Positions 24,804 through 37,149 of a DNA stretch of 64,000 nt are shown piece by piece. The stretch is from assembly GCA_035084275.1 (NCBI GenBank), contig CM068748.1, positions 2,976,001 through 3,040,000 of the forward strand, in the 5' to 3' direction. This DNA comes from Hydrolagus colliei. Taxonomy: Eukaryota. Position 1 is the first letter of the stretch, and the number at the start of each line of letters is the position of its first letter. The notes below the pieces were generated by a model. That model ran no database searches. It worked only from the letters and a program-made list of their open reading frames with translations, and was not told the origin of the DNA. Position numbers and translations under genes: made by a program.

Positions 24804-26552
24804 AATCGCACATTCACAATGACAAGTAATGTTTCACGAACAGACGTTGAATTCATTTCCGAAAACAATGCTAACGTTGTGGATACTCGGGAACCATAAA
24901 ACAGATATAAATTTTACTCTGGCTGCCTTACATCAGGCGTGCTTTGCAGTCCACTCCCAGCCCTCCACACCATATTGCTCATGTAAATGGCGTCTCAGCC
25001 CAAAGGCCTATTATCAAGTGATAGGGAGCAATTTCTGTCCCCATAAGGAGTCATATCCGAAACTTTCTCTTTCACATCCAGATTGACCCACTATTCATTG
25101 GCAGCATTCTACTGTTTTTATTTGAGAGCAATTTCAGTCAAAGCCCTATTGTACAATGATAAATTTACTGCCAGCACATTTAAAACAAATCAATAGAACC
25201 GGTCAACCAAACAAATGACAAGGCATGGACACTGGTTAGATACTATTTAGGGAACACTTCAGTTTTCTGTTTGAAATGACGCTAAAATTCCGGAATGATC
25301 AATATTCGAAGGTAAACGAAAAACAAATGCATTAGCCACGCGTAGGTGAGCGCACTAGATTTATTAGCATTTCTTTGACTCTCACCGGATCAGCTTCAGT
25401 GCTGATATTGTGTAACTTGATATATGTAAAACCATCAACGGTTTTAAGATCCACATTTTGGCCAAGCTTGGCTTAGCCTCGATTACTACTGTACAAGGAT
25501 TACTGTACTCGATCAGCTGGGTCCTAATTACAATATACAGGTCAGGCGAAGTGTGGTATATGAGGCTTGCACCAAGAATGAGCACAAACCAAGAAGACAC
25601 TGCATTTTCTTTCCATATAACCCCCTTTTTTAAAAAAAAAGTTACTTTTGCATTTTCAGCCCTATTTCCTTCATCCAATTTAGCCAATTACAGTGCAGAG
25701 GCCAGGAAATTGGAACGGATCCAGAGTAGGTTTTTGACTAGACACTTCAGGTCACGATCTGATATAAGAAGGGAATCCCATCACAGCAGGGTTAGAAATG
25801 CTGGTAAGAAGTCATTAATATACATGGATTGAGCAACTGTGAAGCCTCCTAAGCAATTTTATAAGTGAATAAGCATGAAGAGATGGGTGGTTAGTGAGCA
25901 GTCCTATGAAGACCTGAGTTGGAATCACAACCTTGGCCTAAATTCTATTCGTTTATATGAGGAGACGTCAATCACAACTGGACCATTGTGTCTGTGTTGA
26001 AAGTGGACGGGAGAGAGAGAAATTCTCCAGAGGCTCCATGTCAGCCCCACTGGCAGAGGACATGGAGATGTCAAGTAGTCATTTGCAATCATTGTCACTG
26101 TATTGATTTATCTTCCCGAGAGAGAATACTCGCTTACAAAATACATTCACTACACTTCATAGTAATTCCTGTGAATCGCTTTGAAATGTCTCAATGACAT
26201 GATAAGGTGCCATATCAAAATGCAAGGATTATTACAAAATATCCAGTATTTTATTAAATGCGCTTGTAAACTAGCTAAATTTCCCCCTCTCTCTCTCTAG
26301 ATAACAAATTACTGAGCCTACATTATGTCTGTTCTCATCCAACAGTCAGTCTACAGAAGGGAATAGACTCTGCTAATCCAGCGCTTTGAGACATCTAGAA
26401 GATGTGAAAAGCGCTATATCAAATGCAAGGATTATTATTATTATTATTAGTCTGTTATGAGCTCTCTTCATATATTGAAGGCACCAACTCATTCCAGGAT
26501 ATGGTTCATAAGTGTCATGAGCCCTCTGGTACTTAGTCCAAGAAAAACATAA

Positions 26553-26784
26553 GCTAAATACTGCAGGTGTTGGAAATCTGAAACAAAAACAGAAATTGCT
26601 GGGAACACTCAGCAGGTCAGGCAGCATCTATGGAGAAAGAAAAAGTGAGTCAACGTTTCAGGTCCACAACCCTTCGTCAAAACTGGATCAGCTCCGTTCT
26701 GACGAGCGGTCGTGGACCCGAAACATTGACTAATTCTCCCCTCTCAGTTTTTATCTCAGAATTCCAGCATCTGCAGTATTTTGC
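26553..26784. mobile_element. Palindromic Penelope-like (pLTR-derived) element with hammerhead cores
   Basis: AAATACTGCAGGTGTTGGAAATCTGAAACAAAAAC..AACGTTTCAGGTCCACAACCCTTCGTCAAAAC is inverted against GTTCTGACGAGCGGTCGTGGACCCGAAACATTGACT..TTTTATCTCAGAATTCCAGCATCTGCAGTATTT. Confidence 0.7.
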
Positions 26785-27414
26785 CACAGAATATTCATGC
26801 TTGAGTGTCGAGAATGTTACGTGACCATTGAAAATCACAAACTCCTGACTACCAACACCTTTTAGCTAAAACCCAAAGCCTTGGGGCATTCACTTGTAGA
26901 TCCTTCTTGTGAATGTTTAGTATAGGGGGCTATTCTTAAAACATTCTTAAATCTAGTCTTGATTTGATGCTGGTTTTCCTAAGTTCTTTTTAAGTTATGA
27001 CTGAACTTCAGAATTAAGGCAAGATCGAGGAATATGTCATGCAACAACAACAACAACAACTTGCATTTATATAGCACCCTTCAGGGTATAGTCCCGATGC
27101 ACTGATGTCCACACATGTTTCGACAATATTTTTATTTGGAGAGGGAATCCTAGTAATATTTCCCCAAATGGACTATATACAGTATATGGTTCAGTACCAT
27201 GATGCATTATGAACTTATACACTCAACCATTGTGTTAGCTATGGCATTGTCATACCAGGTGAAATATTGCAAATTACAATTACAACCATTTATTTGCTGA
27301 GGGAAAAAAACTCCCAAAACATTTCTATTTGATTCTGATATGTGTTGGTATTGCAGAAAAGATGATAAAAAAAGCTTTTTCAATTATCCCAAATCTGCCT
27401 TCAGTCATGGTATC

Positions 27415-27680
27415 ATAGAATCTTAGCATTTTACAGCACAGATGGGGACCATTTTAGTCTATCGCATTTGTTCCACATTTTATAAAATCACTTTTTTTCT
27501 ATTCATCACACTTTTCAGCTCTCTCCCCACATCCCTTAAGACTTATACTGCTCAGTTACTTATCTGGTTCCCTTCTGAATAATGCTATTGATTCAGACTC
27601 AATAGTTACTTGTAATGAACACTAATAAATCTCTGAGTGAAGACATTCTTTCCAACCTCTCCCCTTATCTGAATGTTACA
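27415..27680 (-). mobile_element. CR1 LINE 3' fragment
   Basis: IRGEVGKNVFTQRFI motif and a ..CTGTGCTGTAAAATGCTAAGATTCTATGA 3' end. Confidence 0.6.
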
Positions 27681-28708
27681 GGAACAGCTTATTTTCTGTC
27701 TTCTTCCACAGATCAGACAACCACAAAATATTCGCATGTTTTTGTTTGCATCCTTGCTTGTTCCCTTGGGTTTGTCATTCAAAGATCTAACTACATAAAT
27801 AGTCAAACGAGGGAACAAATTTGAGAATCAGCTGTCTAACCATATACGTGTACTATCCCTATGGTGCTTAGGCTTAGAGAAGGATGTACAATACATTGAA
27901 TTTTCCTGGAAAGCTTAAGTACTTTTTTTTAAAAAGTATGTCAACTCGTTTGTAGTTTTGAGTTTTATATTTCAGGTCAGATAGATTAATCGTTAGCTGC
28001 GTTTCTTTTTACATATAAAAAAAAGATCATCTCTGCTGGTATCATATTACCAACCTGATGACTAATTTTTATGATTGGTTAATGTTCTGCATGAATAAAT
28101 GAATACATCAAAAATCCAAAAGCAATTTTCTCCAGGTCCTTCCTCAGCTAAACCTTTCAACAACTAAAATGAGTCCATAATCTTTTTCTGATTATGGTCA
28201 AACCCTCTTGTTACCTAGCAACACACAATTAAGGAATATGTTTTCAGATCCGCTTTGCAATCAGGCCATTATCAGATAAAATTACTAGAGCAACAAATGT
28301 CAACCTCATGCAAATGAGTTTGCTGAGGAGAATGAATGCTTTCACTTCCAAAAAGATGGGTTCTGACATTGCAGAATTATTAGGCTCAGAACCTCTCAAG
28401 ACTTTGAAGATGGCACTTGCATTTTAGTCTGATCGTGGTGACAACTTCTCAAACTAGAGCTCCTTACTTTCCTCCGCTTACGTTCCTCCTATAATACAAC
28501 AGCAACTTGCATTTATATAATGCCTATCAAGCAGGTAATGTCTCGAGAGTGTTTCACAATAACTGGATCAACCAAGAGAGGCAGAGTGGGGTTGATCGTA
28601 GGTACAGTGAACACTTTGGATTTAAGGCAGGATTTAACGATAGATAGGGAGAGAGATGGTAAGATGGAGGAGTAGTGAGAGGGGGAGTTGTAGAGCTTCA
28701 CGGCATAG

Positions 28709-29062
28709 TAGTGTCCGGCGATATATCGGTTATATCGATATAATTTTTCATATTGAAATGCTGATATTGGAAATTCAAATATATCGATATATCGAAAAAT
28801 TCTATATGAAAAAAAATCGATACATCGCAAATATCGGTATATCGTGTCCGGCGATATAGAGATATATTGGTATATATCGGTATAATGCGGACTTTTTCAA
28901 CTTACCTTGTTGATATCCAAATGCACCCCCGAGTATGCACGCACCTCCAAATACGCACGCATGCGCAGGACAAAAAACCCCGCGATAACGATATATCTGT
29001 ATATATCGATACGGGCAAACCGATATATCGATATCGGAAAATTTTGATATCGACGGACCCAA
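28709..29062. mobile_element. Non-autonomous hAT-like MITE rich in CGATAT/ATATCG motifs
   Basis: Imperfect TIRs TAGTGTCCGGCGATAT / ATATCGACGGACCCAA (13/16). Flanking direct repeat GGCATAGTA at 28702 and 29063. Many subterminal ATATCG/CGATAT motifs in both orientations. Confidence 0.75.
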
Positions 29063-31959
29063 GGCATAGTAACTCAAACTTGCCCTAGAAAAAGCAAAAA
29101 CGGCAAATCCATCAGTGACAGGCATCGCCTTTGGCAAAGCGCAACAGAATTGTTTTTAGGCGAATATGGCTTCATGTTTAGCAAAGTTAAAAGTAGGCTT
29201 CCAAGCAAAACAAATCATTCCGAGCGCATGTGGTCATGGTGTTGCTGTGTTTTGCTATTGAATCAGTAGTAGGGGTTCTGGTTTAGTGGCAAATCTCATC
29301 AGTTTGCTGCACAAAGTGCGTGACCTGTCAAGCGGATACTTTAAATCTCTCTGCGAGTAAGGCTGATTAAATAACTCACAAGGAACAATGTAGGGAGTTA
29401 GTTGCCTCAGCCAGGGCAGGTATTGATCACACTGTGGAGCTGGCAACAGCTGTTTGATTTATAGCAAGTGTCCATGGTTCTGCAACTGAAAATAAGACAA
29501 TTTAATAAGTATTTTTCTAGTCTCCAAGTTATTCAGTCAAAGTTATTTTATGAAGTTAATTTATTACTTTAATGTCAGCCCATTGGAAATAAGAGTTGTC
29601 TGGTTGTATTTCAACAGATAAAAATGCCTGTGTCATGGGCACATGGTGTAATAATCCTTGTATTTAATATAGCGCGTTTCACATCTTCTAGAATACACTG
29701 TAAAGTGAATTGACTGCATATTTGTGGGCGAAACCCGTATAATTAAGACGTGTAAAAAACAAGTGAAAAGTTTTTTTTGGAAGGAGGGAGAGTGCAAAGA
29801 GGGATTCACAGACACCGTCAACTTTTTAAATTAACATTCAAACAATTGGATTGGTAGTTAATTAACAGCATTCCCGCTGTGTACGCACAACCAGACAATA
29901 AAAAGGAAAGGGATTGTTAGGCATAAGTGGCTTAACTTGATTCTCAAAATGCCATTTATTTTTAATTTTCTGGTATCCGACTTCATCGCTTTCTTATTTT
30001 CTCTGATGTTCTTGAGTCACTATGGAAAGGGTTGTGGATATTACTGTTGCCTTGACCCGAACATTATTTCCATCGTTTTGGAGGAAAGAAAGAATAATAA
30101 TGATAATTATTTGCTTACTCAAATAACTCATGGCTGGTTGCGGAACACTGCCACATTTCGCCCCCACAAAATACACAGTCAATTAATTTTACAGTATATC
30201 CTGTGAAGCGTTTTGAGATGTCTCAAGGATGTGACAAGGGGCTATATCAAATGCAAGGATTATTATTCTTTCGGGGGGATAAGAATAGATTCCGCAGCCC
30301 TCTCCGCAGTTTTCGTACATTTCAAGTTCAGGTGCTGGAAATTTTCCAGTTCTCTGACCTTGATTTCACTTGCACATCATGTATTCTCTTGGAACACATC
30401 TCTCTTTGTTACTGGTTCCACTATTGGGGACTTTTGTCGTAGTTTCATCTTTCTGTAGTTGACAGCCTCTCCATCACAGTGGTTTCTGTTCTGTAGTTCC
30501 CCTTGTGACAAAGCTCAGCGTGCATGTAAACCATTTGAAGTTTATTAGCGCCTGTGGCGAAATACGTTTCAAATAAACGTCCCTTCTGATAATCATTCTT
30601 CTATTATTTCATCTGCAGCCATTTGTTTTGTTCCTTCACCCAGCTGGTTTAATGGCTTTGTTTTTCCCTTCATGTGGTTTTATGTACTTGCGAGTTTCGT
30701 GCAAAGTCCCAGGCTATACTTTGGGATGTACACTGCAGAGTGGTTCACTATTGAATGTTCACTTGGGAGAAAACATCTCGACACAACATTTATTCTGTAT
30801 TGGCACAATCATTTTGTCTCATTTACCAAGTGTTCCCAACTGACCTTGTTGATGCTGTACTGTTCTTTTTTGATTGTGGTTACTGTGAGGAAGTGTTTCC
30901 CCGACCGTTCCCTCCAATCGTTCAGAAGCTGCTCTTATTTCAACTTCTCTGTTTGACTTCTACTGGTGAGCTTGGCAGACAGACTTTTGGTCACTTTCAT
31001 GCCACTTATCTAATCTCGGCTGCTATCTTTTGCTGTTTGTGTCGCTTGCAGTGAGTGAGATGAAGCACAATTTATTCTGCAGAAGAATAAGTTTCCAAAA
31101 TCTCATTGGCCTTCCCTAGTGCACAGTATTCGTGGACTACGGTTTTATTGCAATCGTAACCAAGGTCTAGAGCGGAGTTGTTACTCATTGGTATTTCTGT
31201 CTTTGCTCTATTTTCGTTTACAAACATAATCTTTCCCATTCCTAATGAAGACACAATAATAACTCAGTTAAGGAGGTGACAATTCAGTCAGGTTCCCACT
31301 CCTGATCGCTAACCTGTGACCCGTGCTGCAAAATGATTGGACAAAGATGTCAAATTAGAGACAGTTGTGTTGCCCTGTAGTTGGAACACCCGCTGTCTAG
31401 ACTTACGCACGAAGAAAGTGAAGCATTGAAAAGCTGGTGATGGGGAACTGTACTCTACTCCAGCATGAGTTCATGTCTTTAGAATGGGACGGGAGAACAC
31501 TGGAAAAGTATGCACATTCGTAAAGAAAATACTGGTTTAGTTAGCGGACGTCAGTTGACACAGCAATTCACAAGAGACGTTCAGATAAAGAAGGCGCCGT
31601 TGCACATTCAATATTATCCTCCAAAATACCAGCTTTGCAGCATTCCCATTGCAGCATCAAGCAGTTTCTTAAACAAGTTGTCTCCTATCCCCATCCAACA
31701 ACCCATTCCAGCCATTGATTGCTCTGATACAGGTACTTGCTGCTAAGCTGATCTCAGTAAAATTGCAGGGAACAACTGAGTACATTGAGCTATATCAAAT
31801 ATCAAAAGCACTATATCAAATACAAGGATTATTATGAATAATATTATTATTATTACAATGTGGTCTCAAGATCCCCAGGTTAGCAAGGGAAAAAAGTCAG
31901 CCATATTCTGTCCTGATCATTAGCCAGAGACCACTGCATTTGCAATTAATAGTTAACAA

Positions 31960-32168
31960 ATAATCCTTGCATTTGATATTGCGCCTCACACGTCTTTGAG
32001 ACGTCTGAAAGCACTTCACAGAATATACTGTAAAGTGAATTGACTGTATATTTTGTGGAGTCATTCATTTTGTTGTTGTTGTTGTTGTTGTTGTTGTTTC
32101 GCCTTGCTGGGAATTAAACCCAGGTCTCTCGCTTGCTCTGTGCTCTGCCCACTCAGCTACTGGACTCT
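31960..32168 (-). mobile_element. tRNA-derived SINE, internally deleted, containing a (GTT)n tract
   Basis: Tail TAATCCTTGCATTTGATAT, core, (GTT)n at 32071-32096, head GAGTCCAGTAGCTGAGTGG..CCTGGGTTTAATTCCC. Confidence 0.7.
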
Positions 32169-35139
32169 ATATATCAACTAAGGACACATGATCGAGTCTG
32201 GTGGTGATGGTTGCACATTCAATACTCATGGACAATGGCTGCTTGGACAATGTACAAGAGAGGAATTGGCGTTTGTGGAATTGCACCCCAGATGAAATAG
32301 CATACTGGCACTCACACTGTGTTACACATAAACATTAGAAACCAGACATTATCTGCGGAAAGCCTACTTCATGATGCGTCAGCGGCTTTAATGCAGAAGG
32401 GGGCGTAAAAAAGAAGGCTTTTTAAAAATCAACTCTGCATTGTCCTGGGCTATCGAAAGCTCTTTCATATCACCGTTGCTGTTGCAACATAAAATTCACG
32501 ACAGTACACAATGTTGTTGGTATAATGGTGTTGCTACTCCAACAGTTATTAATAACTAATCACTTTCTGTACAGAGATGATTTCTCAGTCTCTGAGGAAT
32601 ATCTCTGGCCAGCATTTAAAATTAAAATGCAAAGTACTGAGGGAATGGCCCTTGGACACGGGGGTGTCTGCATGCCAGACATCGCATTAAACAATACTTA
32701 GGCTGTTCAAGCTGCACCACTTAAAGATGCAGATGCAATATCAAATGCACATTTTGCACTCTGGAGTGGCAAGCAACATTTCATTTGTTCCGATGGGAAT
32801 ACTGAATATAAAACCAAGCCCATTATTAAAGGAGGACTGTAGATTACCAGACTCTAACATTAACATCGAGGAACTATACATTAGCTGACACTCGACATGG
32901 TTTAAATTATGACCAGGAGTGTAATGTGAATGCTAATGCAGTACAGCCCTTTGAATAAGAAATATTCATCCACCTTTTCTCCTACTCCCCAACCAACCCT
33001 CGCCTACCCCCACCACCCCCGCCCTGATAAAATATGGGCAGGAATTGAGCTTCACTTTTTCTGAGATACTCTTGTGATAGATCACTTTGTTATACAAGCA
33101 CTAACATAAATATGTCACTGTTGTTGAGTCTTGATTGCGTTCACTTAAGACTCTTGCTTCCGACTCGTGAGATATGCGGACGACAGTAAAGTCTGCAGGC
33201 CCGTGCAAAGTGAGTGCTAAAAATAAAGCAACAGGAGTCTGGAAATGCTCATTGCATTATCGGATCAGAAGTAAACAGAGCAAGGCTGTTTGTGGGGGAA
33301 AACCCCCCACTAGGATTGTGAAACAGGGCAGCAGTGAGGAAGTGGCATTAAAGATATCCTAATATGCAAGACACTGCCCTTAATTCATTCATGAAAGGAG
33401 CAGTCCCTCAGAGAGTACCTTATAGAGGTATATATATACAATTTTAAAAGGCATTGAAACAATGAACCCAGAATAATTCTGTGGAACATTGCTACTCACA
33501 ATTGGCTGCCATGTTATGCTCACAAAATATACTCCTGTGAAGGGCTCAGATGCCTCGAAGACGGGGTAAGGCACTATATCAAATGCAAGGATTATATTAT
33601 TATTACTGCAGCATGAGCAAGAAAGTAGAACACGTGGATGCAGTTTTAGTGTTCCAGAAGCAATTTCATAACAGACACCAGAAAGGTTTTCTTTACTCAG
33701 CGAATAAAGCATTCCAAGATTCTCGCTACCCTGTGTAGGTGCTATATAAGTTGTTAATGTTATGATTGAAATAAGTTACCGGGACGAATAGTTGATAGCT
33801 GGACATATGAACCATGAATAATATGCTTGTTAAAAACATTTTTAAAAAATCTTCCCTCCCACCCCACACCTTTAAAAGAATCAGCTGGTGAACAACATCA
33901 TTTACTAAGTTAAGAATTGCTGGAACAATTTGTAATAGCCAATTTACGAGTGTCATTGAAGGGCCTGGAAATGTTATTTTGTCTGATATAGGGTTGGACC
34001 TAACTGCTCTGCATTTACTGACAGGCATGAACTGAAGGAGAAATTATTCATTTGCTACCAACTGCCAAGATCATTCAGTGCTCAAAGGGGGTCAAATAGT
34101 TCAGAAATCAGCTCAAAGATTTCGATGGAAAGGCTTTGTGGATTTACTATACAACCAGAGGACCTATTGGACGCATAACAATGTGCTTTGATGGCTGCTA
34201 CCAAGCTATTAGTTTAAATTGCTCCCACACACGCTTTGGTTTTATGAAGCTTAAATTGTGGCTTTGTGGAGAAGGCATCAATAAAACAATCTGTAGGGGA
34301 AATTCACACTGCAGACATGCCGCTAGACAACTGGATGGATTTTAAGAGGAAAGAAAAGAAAGGGAGGAATTCATTTGAGCACCATATAAATATTTAGCTA
34401 TCATGTCACAATCAAACTAGTCAGTTTCTAATTGCTGGAGACCTTTTTATTCTTCTCTTGACTGCTCAAAGACCGCCTCTAATGGGATAGTCAAGGTACC
34501 GTGCATTACCAATGGTATAGGAGAGCCAGTTATCAGCAGTAATCACCACTAACATTAGACTCACAAAGTTAATGGATGTCATGCATTATATAATGAATAT
34601 TTTAGCTTTGAAACGCAGACCTCTGAATTTCCCACTTAAGCTGAAACGCTTTAGAATAGATTTAGAGAGATCAGTTGAAATCAAGTCCCACCAACTTTTT
34701 ATTCTTACCACACAAAATTCCACCTAGTAAAGCAAGACACACTGCTCTACAAACTGACACCTGAAAGAGAACGATGGGTTAACATGTTGAGTGCCAGTAA
34801 CCTGAAACATTAACCCACGTTTCTCATTCACATGCTAATATTCCACTGGGAGACATTGCTATCATCATCTCATAGCAATTTTATTTAAAGCCTGGCATAT
34901 TCAGAGTCAAAGCTTTCTCTTAAATAAAATTCAGAGCTCCCCTGTTCCATGCGCGCACACACACACCTCAACCATTTCCCAGGTTTCCATCATTTCCCCT
35001 CTATTCACGGCACTTTCCTTTATATTGCTTCCCCTGTCCACAGGCCTGTCATCTCCCCACAGAAATGTAGGGAAGCTTCACCATTGCAGATACATTTAGA
35101 TGATAGAACAAACAGACCAACACAGGTTTAAGGATGCAG

Positions 35140-35350
35140 ATGGCAATTTTAGGACAGCCTCCAACAAGTATTGCTTCACCAAGAGCGTATTTAATGATTG
35201 GAACAAGTTACCAGGAGGGGTAGCTGAGGTCAGAATGTTGGACTAATTGAAAGAAAATAGCTTGTTGCTGTAATGGGAGGACGGTAGATTTATTGCTCTG
35301 GAAACATGAGATCAAATGGGTTGAAGGGCCTTCTTCATCTGAGAATCTCT
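35140..35350 (+). mobile_element. Old CR1 3' fragment
   Basis: TTTAGGACAG..TTCACCAAGAGCGTATTTAATGATTGGAACAAGTTACCA...ATGGGTTGAAGGGCCTTCTTC. Confidence 0.6.
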
Positions 35351-37149
35351 TGCAAACTCTGAGTCCACTCCAGCAAGCTGCCAACATGTTCAGCCTCTGC
35401 TAAATACAGTAACAGCTTATCGTTGAGCTTCAGTCTTTGGTTTGTTGGCAAAGGCAAACCATTTTATTTGGATCATAAATATCTAATATGATTTGATTGA
35501 ACACTACTGGATGCCTGCTGCCGGGTAAAGCTGTTCAAAGGTATAGAGGGTGATCTTCCTAAACATCGCTTTGTAATAAAGTTGCTTGCAATTGGAAGTG
35601 CAACGCTAAACAAAAATTGTATCAATGGCAAAACAATCTCTAACTATTATTTTCAAAAGAAAAAAAAGCATTTTGAAGTTATTATTAATTCCAGCTACAA
35701 AAATAGTATATAGCTGGGTGTAAATCTGTCAATAATCTGTTTATATTATCTGCGCTGCCTATATAATCGTTTTATATTAATCCCCCCACCCAACCCTCTA
35801 ATGCTCAGGACCACTGTCCTTGACCAAGACATTGGAAAATACCATTGGAACATCTTTAATCTATCTCAGATTATTTGAATTAGTACAATTGAAGAGGATC
35901 AGAAAGAATACTAACTGAAGTGATCCAATCATATTGATGCCTTTACCTGCAATTGTCCCAGGAGCTAAAGACATCAAATCTTGTTCTTCAATTGACTTGC
36001 CTGGAATTGATTTCCTGGTGTATTACAGTAAAGCTTGCATTTCACATATGAAGAAATCTGCTATATGATCAACATAAATCTGGATTGTTGTGGCTACAGG
36101 TAAAACCCCGTCAAGGTGGGTCCCAAATAACCACAGAACAAAAGCAGGAACCAATGTACTAGAAATTCTACTTACAACGAATTATTGCCATCTATTGGTT
36201 TTGCGCCCGTCGTAGCAAACAGATATTAAAAATTTACGTCTATCGTATAAAGGATTAATCTGAAGCAATCTGTAACACTATAGACTCAGGAGATTTATAT
36301 ATTATATTAAAAAGAATCTGGTTTAATATTGACAACTAAGCTAAGCCTCTCTTTAGCCCTCACTTTTCCGTCCATTTCAATATTCTGCAACATGGACGAT
36401 CGATAGGAGCAATATAGAAACCAATTGCTAATGCACTTAAGACAGAAAACACTTGGTATTATATTCCTCTGTTTATCACAAACAATGTCAAGTGTTGCTC
36501 CTATTTGGGTTTAGTATGGATACTGTGTAATTTAATGCCACACGACAGAAAAACCCTTGCAATTGGGCTGATTTGTACATGTCACTTTGGGCTAATAACA
36601 CAATATGATGGTATAACAACAACCTTTACGAGATCAGTTAAAACACAAACCCTCATGTGGACTCACACTGATGGAAAAAACAATAAACTAATGCTCTTTG
36701 AAGAAAACCCCCCAAAACTCAACATTACACCAAAAATTACATCAGAAAATTGGAGGTTGGAATAACAACTTGTTAAATAAATCAACAACTTGCAACTTGT
36801 TAAAAGGGGTATGAAACAACATTTTTGGCAACCAAAAGACAAAAGTCAGATAATCAGGAGTAGATATAATGAAAACCGGTGTTTTCACTGGTTTGATGTT
36901 TTGTGAGAGATTGTCGGGGTCGGGGGGAAAAAAACTCACAATGCAAAAAATAAATGTATAGAGCGCCTGCAAAATGTGTTCTGAGTCACTCAACCATTGT
37001 GGCCGCGGGTGGGGGTTGGGGGGGAGGTGCGTATAAAGACTGGCCACAAAGCACAAGAAAATCTACAGTACTTTTTCGAGTGGGAACCCACGGGCAGACA
37101 GATCAATCACGCAAACGGCTCAGAATAAAAAAAAAATAAAGCGAGTTAC

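Noticed and set aside
34760-34830. Degenerate palindrome of the Penelope-type family
   Set aside because: The CTGANGA core is missing; too decayed to call a ribozyme.
1-37100. Shared CtBP B-domain exons (IRPQIMNGP..., VLNEAVGA...)
   Set aside because: Not found by eye or in the ORF track; presumably downstream of the window (below position 1).
37103-37149. C-terminal SNSLYFFFILSRLRD of the 610-aa ORF as a hydrophobic tail
   Set aside because: It is read-through past the conserved phase-1 donor into a T-rich intron start.
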